This document shows, in pieces, positions 14,204-25,000 of a DNA stretch of 64,000 nucleotides (position 1 is the first letter of the stretch; every line of letters starts with the position of its first letter). The stretch covers positions 62,001 to 126,000 of the forward strand of contig JBHGNT010000040.1 in the NCBI GenBank assembly GCA_043228905.1, read 5' to 3'. A program made the translations under genes and the position numbers. This stretch comes from Azolla caroliniana (taxonomy: Eukaryota; Plantae; Polypodiophyta). Under the pieces are notes generated by a model. That model saw nothing but the letters and a program-made list of their open reading frames with translations. It ran no database searches and was not told where the DNA came from.

Positions 14204-15553
14204 GCCCTCCCCTCCCCACCCACCATCCAACCTCGCCCTCATAGGAACTTTAGAACTGCACTACACAATCTCAAAAAAAATCAAGACATAGTTATTAAAC
14301 CTGCGGATAAAAATCTAGGCACGTGCATTCTCTCTAAGGATTGGTACCTTAACGAATGCCTTAGACAGCTCAACGACAAAAACACTTATACCCCCGTCAA
14401 AGACGTCCCCCTAGAAACTCTCCACAGTCGACTTGAACACCTATGTCTGTAAGCTTCCCCCCACCTCTCCAATGAGGAAATTAGATTCCTCCTTCAGAAA
14501 CCCAAACATGGTTTCAGGATATGTTGTTTCTACATCATCCCCAAAATCCACAAGCCCATTGTTGTAGGACGCCCTATTTGCGCCTACAACAATTATGTTT
14601 TCGAAAGAGCCTCTAAATGGCTACACCATCTACTACATCCTGTCTTATTGTCTAAAAAACAACACCTCAAAGACTCCTTAACACTTGTTAAGGACCTAGC
14701 ACACCACACCTTCCCCAAAACTTGCACGTTGTTTTCTTTTGACGTAGTGTCACTATATCCCAGTATACCTACCACGGAAGGTCTATTGGTTTTTAAAAAA
14801 TCTATTTCACATCATTTCCCACCACACAAAACCAAAATCATTATGAGTGTTGCCGAACTAATACTTAGAAACAATTTTCTCTCCTTTAATAATGCTTTTT
14901 GGTTACAAATTAAAGGCACCGCGATGGGTAGTAATTTTGCGGTTGTTTACGCTTGCTTGTTTCTTTCGCAGCTAGAGGACGACAACCTAGCTTTCCAAAC
15001 ACTGCAACTACTCTACTACAAACGCTACATTGATGATGCCATAGGAGTTTGGGAAGGTTCCCCCGATACACTTCACACCTTCTTACACCAATACGGCGTG
15101 CCTCTACAACAACACATCCGTATTGAATCAACAACCTCCCCTAAAGAGATCACCATCCTGGACGTCGTCTTCTTCAAAGGCCCATACTTTAAAGAATTCG
15201 GCATCCTCGACACCACATGCCACCAAAAACCTCTCAATGCCTACATGTACCTCCCGTGGAAATCCTCGCACCCCATAGCACACAAAAAGGGCTTCATCAC
15301 GGGCGAACTAAAACGGTATGCTATTCGGGAGAGCTCGGAAAATGGCTACATGGAACTACGCAAAAAGTTCTACGACCGCCTAAGAGCTAGGGGCTACCCA
15401 TCGAAGTTCCTACTCAAGTGTTTTTCGACCGTCCCCTACTCCATACGAAACCAACTACTCTCTAACCAACCCAACAACAAAAAACCTCCACCCATTGTTT
15501 TTAAGCTTCGATACTCCCCTTGTATCAAAAAACTCCCTCCTCTAATTTACTAA
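14204..15553 (+). pseudogene. Disrupted PLE reverse transcriptase reading frame of about 440 codons; the listed 301-aa ORF 14648-15553 is only its C-terminal part
   Basis: The same frame runs from 14204 (ALPSPPTIQPRPHRNFRTALHNLKKNQDIVIKPADKNLGTCILSKDWY...) with a single in-frame TAA at 14450-14452. There is no native start: the ORF call uses an internal TTG. The terminal LPPLIY* is read from satellite DNA beyond 15531. Confidence 0.88.
14205..15530 (+). mobile_element. Penelope-like retroelement (PLE) fragment: RT and thumb only, 5'- and 3'-truncated
   Basis: A 1326-bp non-satellite insert. Its translation shows PLE-type motifs in order: IVIKPADKNLG (KPADKNLG at 14297-14320), FYIIPKIHK (PKIHK at 14540-14554), GRPI, FSFDVVSLYPSIP (motif A), QIKGTAMGSNFA (B'), YKRYIDD (C; YIDD at 15026-15037), ILDV (E), QKPLNAYMYLPWKSSHP...KKG and LRARGYP (thumb). 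Confidence 0.9.
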
Positions 15554-16459
15554 TTTCTTCATGTCTCGCGACCTGGGTTTCAAAATCTTGATTTTCTAAT
15601 TCCATATTATAGCTAGTGTTATTAGCTTCTATTCGCATGATGGAACACTAAAATCGGATATCACACGAGCCAGGTATGAACATTTTAATTTACTCACTTG
15701 CTCTTCTCAACTCCCTCCTCAAATTTACTAATTTCTCCATGTCTCTCGACCTGAGTTTCAAAAACTTGATTTTTTAATTGCATATCATAGCTAGTGTTGT
15801 TAGCTGCGATTCGCATGATTTGAACACTAAAATCTGATATCACACGAGCCACGTATGACAACTTTAATTTACTCACGCGCTCTACTCAACTCCCTCCTCT
15901 AATTTACTAATTTCTTCATGTCTCTCGACCTGAGTTTCAAAATCTGGATTATTTAATTCCATATCATAGCTAGTGTTATTAGCTGCGATTCGCATGATGG
16001 AACACTAAAATCGGATATCACACGAGCCAGTTATGAACATTTTAATTTACTCACGCGCTCTTCTCAACTCCCTCCTCTAATTTACTAATTTCTTCATGTC
16101 TCTCGACCTGAGTTTCAAAATCTGGATTTTTTAATTCCATATCATAGCTAGTGTTGTTAGCTTCGATTCGCATGTTTGAACACTAAAATCCGATATCACT
16201 CGAGCCAGGTATGACAATTTTAATTTACTCACGCGCTCTTCTCCACTCCCTCCTCAAATTTGGTAATTTCTTCATGTCTCTCGACCTGAGTTTCAAAATC
16301 TTGATTTTTTAATTCCATATCATAGCTAGTGTTATTAGCTGCGATTCGCATGATTTGAACACTAAAATCCGATATCACACGAGCTAGTTATGAACATTTT
16401 AATTTACTCACGCGCTCTTCTCCACTCCCTCCTCAAATTTGGTAATTTCATCATGTCTC

Positions 16460-19400
16460 TCGACCTGAGTTTCAAAATCTGGATTTTTTAATTCCATATC
16501 ATAGCTAGTGTTGTTAGCTTCGATTCGCATGTTTGAACACTAAAATCCGATATCACTCGAGCCAGGTATGACAATTTTAATTTACTCACGCGCTCTTCTC
16601 AACTCCCTCCTCTAATTTACTACTTTCTTCATGTCTCTCGACCTGAGTTTCAAAATCTTGATTTTTTAATTCCATATCATAGCTAGTGTTATTAGCTGCG
16701 ATTCGCATGATTGGAACACTAAAATCCGATATCACACGAGCCAGTTATGAACATTTTAATTTACTCACGCGCTCTTCTCAACTCCCTCCTCAAATTTGGT
16801 AATTTCTTCATGTCTCTCGACCTAAGTTTAAAAATCTGGATTTTTTAATTCCATATCATAGCTAGTGTTATTAGCTGCGATTCGCATGATTTGAACACTA
16901 AAATCCGATATCACACGAGCCAGTTATGAACATTTTAATTTACTCACGCGCTCTTCTCCACTCCCTCCTCAAATTTGGTAATTTCTTCATGTCTCTCGAC
17001 CTGAGTTTCAAAATCTTGATTTTTTAATTCCATATCATAGCTAGTGTTATTAGCTGCGATTCGCATGATTTGAACACTAAAATCCGATATCACACGAGCT
17101 AGTTATGAACATTTTAATTTACTCACGCGCTCTTCTCCACTCCCTCCTCAAATTTGGTAATTTCATCATGTCTCTCGACCTGAGTTTCAAAATCTTGATT
17201 TTCTAATTCCATTTCATAGCTAGTGTTGTTAGCTTCGATTCACATGTTTGAACACAACAATCTCATATCACACGAGCCAGGTACGAACATTTTAATTTAC
17301 TCACGCGCTCTTCTCAACTCCCTCCTCTAATTTGCTAATTTCTTCATGTCTCTCGACCTGAGTTTCAAAATCTTGATTTTTTAATTCCATATCATAGCTA
17401 GTGTTGTTAGCTTCGATTCGCATCTTTGAACATTAAAATCCGATATCACACGACAATTTTAATTTACTCACCTGCTCTTCTCAACTCCCTCCTCAAATTT
17501 GGTAATTTCTTCATGTCTCTCGACCTGAGTTTCAAAATCTTGATTTTTTAATTCCATATCATAGCTAGTGTTGTTAGCTTCGATTCGCATGTTTGAACAC
17601 AACAATCCCATATCACACGAGCCAGGTACGAACATTTTAATTTACTCACGCGCTCTTCTCAACTCCCTCCTCAAATTTGGTAATTTCTTCATGTCTCTCG
17701 ACCTGAGTTTCAAAATCTTGATTTTTTAATTCCATATCATAGCTAGTGTTGTTAGTTTAGATATGCATGGTTAAACACTAAAATCTGATATCACACGAGC
17801 CAGGTATGACAATTTTAATTTACTCACCTGCTCTTCTCAACTCCCTCCTCATATTTGGTAATTTCTTCATGTCTCTCGACCTGAGTTTCAAAATCTTGAT
17901 TTTTTAATTCCATATCATAGCTAGTGTTGTTAGCTTTGATTCGCATGGTTGAACACTAAAATCCGATATCACACGAGCCAGGTATGACAATTTTAATTTA
18001 CTCACCTGCTCTTCTCAACTCCCTCCTCAAATTTGGTAATTTCTTCATGTCTCTCGACCTGAGTTTCAAAATCTTGATTTTTTAATTCCATATCATAGCT
18101 AGTGTTGTTAGCTTTGATTTGCATGGTTAAACACTAAAATCCGATATCACACGAGCCAGGTATGACAATTTTAATTTACTCACCTGCTCTTCTCAACTCC
18201 CTCCTCATATTTGGTAATTTCTTCATGTCTCTCGACCTGAGTTTCAAAATCTTGATTTTTTAATTCCATATCATAGCTAGTGTTATCAGCTTCGATTCGC
18301 ATGATGGAACACTAAAATCGAATATCACACGAGCCAGGTACGAACATTTTAATTTACTCACGCGCTCTTCTCAACTCCCTCCTCTAATTTGCTAATTTCT
18401 TCATGTCTCTCGACCTGAGTTTCAAAATCTTGATTTTTTAATTCCATATCATAGCTAGTGTTGTTAGCTTTGATTCGCATGGTTGAACACTAAAATCCGA
18501 TATCACACGAGCCAGTTATGAACATTTTAATTTACTCACGCGCTCTTCTCAACTCCCTCCTCAAATTTGGTAATTTCTTCATGTCTCTCGACCTGAGTTT
18601 CAAAATCTTGATTTTCTAATTCCATTTCATAGCTAGTGTTGTTAGCTTCGATTCACATGTTTGAACACAACAATCTCATATCACACGAGCCAGTTATGAA
18701 CATTTTAATTTACTCACGCGCTCTTCTCAACTCCCTCCTCTAATTTACTAATTTCTTCATGTCTCTCGACCTGAGTTTCAAAATCTGGATTTTTTAATTC
18801 CATATCATAGCTAGTGTTGTTAGCTTCGATTCGCATGTTTGAACACTAAAATCCGATATCACTCGAGCCAGGTATGACAATTTTAATTTACTCACGCGCT
18901 CTTCTCAACTCCCTCCTCTAATTTACTACTTTCTTCATGTCTCTCGACCTGAGTTTCAAAATCTTGATTTTCTAATTCCATATCATAGCTAGTGTTATTA
19001 GCTGCGATTCGCATGATTGGAACACTAAAATCCGATATCACACGAGCCAGTTATGAACATTTTAATTTACTCACGCGCTCTTCTCAACTCCCTCCTCTAA
19101 TTTGGTAATTTCTTCATGTCTCTCGACCTAAGTTTAAAAATCTGGATTTTTTAATTCCATATCATAGCTAGTGTTATTAGCTGCGATTCGCATGATTTGA
19201 ACACTAAAATCCGATATCACACGAGCCAGTTATGAACATTTTAATTTACTCACGCGCTCTTCTCCACTCCCTCCTCAAATTTGGTAATTTCTTCATGTCT
19301 CTCGACCTGAGTTTCAAAATCTTGATTTTTTAATTCCATATCATAGCTAGTGTTATTAGCTGCGATTCGCATGATTTGAACACTAAAATCCGATATCACA

Positions 19401-21580
19401 CGAGCTAGTTATGAACATTTTAATTTACTCACGCGCTCTTCTCCACTCCCTCCTCAAATTTGGTAATTTCATCATGTCTCTCGACCTGAGTTTCAAAATC
19501 TTGATTTTCTAATTCCATTTCATAGCTAGTGTTGTTAGCTTCGATTCACATGTTTGAACACAACAATCTCATATCACACGAGCCAGGTACGAACATTTTA
19601 ATTTACTCACGCGCTCTTCTCAACTCCCTCCTCTAATTTGCTAATTTCTTCATGTCTCTCGACCTGAGTTTCAAAATCTTGATTTTTTAATTCCATATCA
19701 TAGCTAGTGTTGTTAGCTTCGATTCGCATCTTTGAACATTAAAATCCGATATCACACGACAATTTTAATTTACTCACCTGCTCTTCTCAACTCCCTCCTC
19801 AAATTTGGTAATTTCTTCATGTCTCTCGACCTGAGTTTCAAAATCTTGATTTTTTAATTCCATATCATAGCTAGTGTTGTTAGCTTCGATTCGCATGTTT
19901 GAACACAACAATCCCATATCACACGAGCCAGGTACGAACATTTTAATTTACTCACGCGCTCTTCTCAACTCCCTCCTCAAATTTGGTAATTTCTTCATGT
20001 CTCTCGACCTGAGTTTCAAAATCTTGATTTTTTAATTCCATATCATAGCTAGTGTTGTTAGTTTAGATATGCATGGTTAAACACTAAAATCTGATATCAC
20101 ACGAGCCAGGTATGACAATTTTAATTTACTCACCTGCTCTTCTCAACTCCCTCCTCAGATTTGGTAATTTCTTCATGTCTCTCGACCTGAGTTTCAAAAT
20201 CTTGATTTTTTAATTCCATATCATAGCTAGTGTTGTTAGCTTTGATTCGCATGGTTGAACACTAAAATCCGATATCACACGAGCCAGGTATGACAATTTT
20301 AATTTACTCACCTGCTCTTCTGAACTCCCTCCTCAAATTTGGTAATTTCTTCATGTCTCTCGACCTGAGTTTCAAAATCTTGATTTTTTAATTCCATATC
20401 ATAGCTAGTGTTGTTAGCTTTGATTTGCATGGTTAAACACTAAAATCCGATATCACACGAGCCAGGTATGACAATTTTAATTTACTCACCTGCTCTTCTC
20501 AACTCCCTCCTCATATTTGGTAATTTCTTCATGTCTCTCGACCTGAGTTTCAAAATCTTGATTTTTTAATTCCATATCATAGCTAGTGTTATCAGCTTCG
20601 ATTCGCATGATGGAACACTAAAATCGAATATCACACGAGCCAGGTACGAACATTTTAATTTACTCACGCGCTCTTCTCAACTCCCTCCTCTAATTTGCTA
20701 ATTTATTCATGTCTCTCGACCTGAGTTTCAAAATCTTGATTTTTTAATTCCATATCATAGCTAGTGTTGTTAGCTTTGATTCGCATGGTTGAACACTAAA
20801 ATCCGATATCACACGAGCCAGTTATGAACATTTTAATTTACTCACGCGCTCTTCTCAACTCCCTCCTCAAATTTGGTAATTTCTTCATGTCTCTCGACCT
20901 GAGTTTCAAAATCTTGATTTTCTAATTCCATTTCATAGCTAGTGTTGTTAGCTTCGATTCACATGTTTGAACACAACAATCTCATATCACACGAGCCAGT
21001 TATGAACATTTTAATTTACTCACGCGCTCTTCTCAACTCCCTCCTCTAATTTACTAATTTCTTCATGTCTCTCGACCTGAGTTTCAAAATCTGGATTTTT
21101 TAATTCCATATCATAGCTAGTGTTGTTAGCTTCGATTCGCATGTTTGAACACTAAAATCCGATATCACTCGAGCCAGGTATGACAATTTTAATTTACTCA
21201 CGCGCTCTTCTCAACTCCCTCCTCTAATTTACTACTTTCTTCATGTCTCTCGACCTGAGTTTCAAAATCTTGATTTTTTAATTCCATATCATAGCTAGTG
21301 TTATTAGCTGCGATTCGCATGATTGGAACACTAAAATCCGATATCACACGAGCCAGTTATGAACATTTTAATTTACTCACGCGCTCTTCTCAACTCCCTC
21401 CTCAAATTTGGTAATTTCTTCATGTCTCTCGACCTAAGTTTAAAAATCTGGATTTTTTAATTCCATATCATAGCTAGTGTTATTAGCTGCGATTCGCATG
21501 ATTTGAACACTAAAATCCGATATCACACGAGCCAGTTATGAACATTTTAATTTACTCACGCGCTCTTCTCCACTCCCTCC
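16460..21580 (+). repeat. 13-mer higher-order repeat, period 2306 bp, about 2.2 copies
   Basis: tactactttc marker at 16621, 18927 and 21233. The 11-bp deletion (17451, 19757), tagtttagatatgc and cctaagtttaaaaatctgg recur at the same offset. Confidence 0.92.
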
Positions 21581-22099
21581 TCTGATTTACTAATTTCATC
21601 ATGTCTCTCGACCTGAGTTTCAAAATCTTGATTTTTTAATTCCATATCATAGCTAGTGTTATTAGCTGCGATTCGCATGTTTGAACACAACAATCTCATA
21701 TCACACGAGCCAGGTACGAACATTTTAATTTACTCACGCGCTCTTCTCAACTCCCTCCTCCACCTGAGTTTCAAAATCTTGATTTTTTAATTCCATATCA
21801 TAGCTAGTGTTGTTAGCTTTGATTTGCATGGTTAAACACTAAAATCGAATATCACACGTCCCAGGTATGAACATTTTAATTTACTCACGTGCTCTTCTCA
21901 ACACCCTCCTCTTATTTACTAATTTATTCATGTCTTGCGACCTGAGTTTCAAAATCTTGATTTTTTAATTCCATATCATAGCTAGTGTTATTAGCTGCGA
22001 TTCGCATGATTTGAACACTAAAATCCGATATCACACGAGCTAGTTATGAACATTTTAATTTACTCACGCGCTCTTCTCCACTCCCTCCTCAAATTTGGT

Positions 22100-25000
22100 A
22101 ATTTCTTCCTGTCTGTCGACCTGAGTTTCAAAATCTTGATTTTTTAATTCCATATCATAGCTAGTGTTGTTAGCTTCGATTTGCATGTTTGAACACTGAA
22201 ATCCGATATCACTCGAGCCAGGTATGACAATTTTAATTTACTCACGTGCTCTTCTCAAGTCCCTCCTCTAATTTACTAATTTATTCATGTCTCGTGACTT
22301 GAGTTTCAAAATCTTGATTTCCTAATTCTATATTACAGCTAGTGTTGTTAGCTTTGATTCGCATGGTTGAACACTAAAATCCGATATCACACGAGCCAGT
22401 TATGAACATTTTAATTTACTCACGCGCTCTTCTCAACTCCCTCCTCAAATTTGGTAATTTCTTCATGTCTCTCGACCTGAGTTTCAAAATCTTGATTTTC
22501 TAATTCCATATCATAGCTAGTGTTGTTAGCTTCGATTCGCATCTTTGAACACAAAAATCGAATATCACATGAGCGAGGTACGAACATTTTAATTTACTCA
22601 CGCGCTCTTCGCAACTCCCTCCTCTAATTTGCTAATTTCTTCATGTCTCTCGACCTGAGTTTCAAAATCTTGATTTTCTAATTCCATATCATAGCTAGTG
22701 TTGTTAGCTTCGATTCGGAGGATGGAACACTAAAATCGGATATCACACGAGCCAGGTATGAACATTTTAATTTACTCACGCTCTCTTCTCAGATCCCTCC
22801 TCAAATTTTGTAATTTCTTCCTGTCTCTCGACCTGAGTTTCAAAATCTTAATTTTCTAATTCCATATCATAGCTAGTGTTGTTAGCTTCGATTCGCATGT
22901 TTCAACACAAAAATCGGATATCACACGAGCCAGGTATGACAATTTTAGTTTACTCACGCGATCTTCTCAACTCCCTCCTCTAATTTACTAATTTCTTCAT
23001 GTCTCTTGACCTGAGTCTCGAAATCTGGATTTTCTAATTCCATATCATAGCTAGTGTTGTTAGCTTCGATTCGCATGTTTGAACACAACAATCCCATATC
23101 ACACGAGCCAGGTACGAACATTTTAATTTACTCACGCGCTCTTCTCAACTCCCTCTTCTAATTTGCTAATTTCTTCCTGTCTCTCGACCTGAGTTTTAAA
23201 ATCTTGATTTTTTAATTCCATATCATAGCTAGTGTTGTTAGCTTCGATTCGCATGTTTGAACACAAAAATCGGATATCACACGAGCCAGGTAGGACAATT
23301 TTAATTTACTCACGCGATCTTCTCAACTCCCTCGTCTGATTTACTAATTTCTTCATGTCTATTGACCTGAGTTTCAAAATCTGGATTTTCTAATTCCATA
23401 TCATAGCTAGTGTTGTTAGCTTCGATTCGCATCTTTGAACACTAAAATCCGATATCACACAAGCTAGGTATGACAATTTTAATTTACTCACCTGCTCTTC
23501 TCAACTCCCTCCTCAATTTTGCTAATTTCTTCCTGTCTCTCGACCTGAGTTTCAAAATCTTGATTTTTTAATTCCATATCATAGCTAGTGTTATTAGCTT
23601 CGATTCGCATGATGGAACACTAAAATTGAATATCACACGAGCCAGGTATGACAATTTTAATTTACTCACGCGGTCTTCTCAACTCCCTCCTCTAATTTGC
23701 TAATTTCTTCATGTCTCTCGACCTGTGTTTCAAAATCTTGATTTTTTAATTCCATATCATAGCTAGTGTTGTTAGCTTCGATTCGCATGTTTGAACACTG
23801 AAATCCGATATCACTCGAGCCAGGTATGACAATTTTAATTTACTCACGCGCTCTTCTCAACTCCCTCCTCTAATTTACTAATTTCTTCATGTCTCTTGAC
23901 CTGAGTTTCAAAATCTTGATTTTTTAATTCCATATCATAGCTAGTGTTATTAGCTTCGATTCGCATGATGGAACACTAAAATCGGATATCACACGAGCCA
24001 GTTATGAACATTTTAATTTACTCACGCGCTCTTCTCAACTCCCTCCTCTAATTTACTAATTTCTTCATGTCTCTCGACCTGAGTTTCAAAATCTGGATTT
24101 TCTAATTCCATATCATAGCTAGTGTTATTAACTTCGATTCGCATGATTTGAACACTAAAATCGGATATCACACGAGCCAGGTATGAGAATTTTAATTTAC
24201 TCACGCGATCTTCTCAACTCCCTCCTCTAATTTACTAATTTATTCATGTCTCGTGACCTATGTTTCAAAATCTTGATTTTCTAATTCTATATTACAGCTA
24301 GTGTTGTTAGCTTCGATTCGCATGTTTGAACACAACAATCCGATATCACACGAGCCAGGTATGACAATTTTAATTTACTCACGCAATCTTCTCCACTCCC
24401 TCCTCAAATTTGGTAATTTCTTCATGTCTCTCGACCTGAGTTTCAAAATCTTGATTTTCTAATTCCATCTCATAGCTAGTGTTGTTAGCTTCTATTCGCA
24501 TGTTTGAACACAAAAATCGGATATCACACGAGCCAGGTATGACAATTTTAATTTACTCACGCAATCTTCTCCACTCCCTCCGCAAATTTGGTAATTTCTT
24601 CATGTCTCTCGACCTGAAGTTTCAAAATCTTGATTTTTTAATTCCATATCATAGCTAGTGTTCTTAGCTGCGATTCGCATGATTTGAACACTAAAATCCG
24701 ATATCAAACGAGCCAGGTAGGAACATTTGAATTTACTCACGCGCTCTTCTCAACTCCCTCCTCTAATTTGCTAATTTCTTCATGTCTCTCGACCTGAGTG
24801 TCAAAATCTTGATATTTTAATTCTATATCATAACTAGTGTTTTTAGCTTCGATTCGCATGTTTGAACACTAAAATCCGATATCACACGAGCCAGGTATGA
24901 CAACTTTAATTTACTCACGCGCTCTTCTCAACTCCCTCCTCTAATTTACTAATTTCTTCATGTCTCTCGACCTGAGTTTCAAAATCTTGATTTTCTAATT

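Larger units (their letters stand above)
1..14204 (+). repeat. 178/179-bp satellite tandem array, left part (interrupted by two 140-bp PLE fragments)
   Basis: 'atagctagtgtt' recurs at 1, 179 and onward, giving a period of 178. The 179-bp variants carry catgatttgaac instead of catgtttgaac. All monomers are in the same orientation. Confidence 0.99.

Noticed and set aside
14593-15134. Minus-strand ORFs 14593-14775 and 14910-15134
   Set aside because: Antisense shadows of the RT frame with no recognisable motifs.
15500-15520. Satellite derived from the PLE (ttaagcttcgatac resembles ttagcttcgattc)
   Set aside because: Only a ~9-bp match, expected by chance, with no extended similarity visible.
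14648-15553. Intact 301-aa RT gene, telomerase, or bacterial retron/group II intron/DGR RT with a repeat array
   Set aside because: The frame extends upstream past a stop, lacks a true start, and ends in satellite. The motifs (KPADK, PKIHK, GTAMGS, S.HP, RGYP) are PLE-type. No TERT T-motif, retron VTG motif or accessory genes were seen, and the context is eukaryotic satellite.
14146-15590. ~58-bp target-site duplication around the PLE
   Set aside because: The two flanks cover the same monomer phase but differ at several positions (caaatttggt vs ctaatttact, ctctcgacctgag vs ctcgcgacctggg), so they are different monomers.
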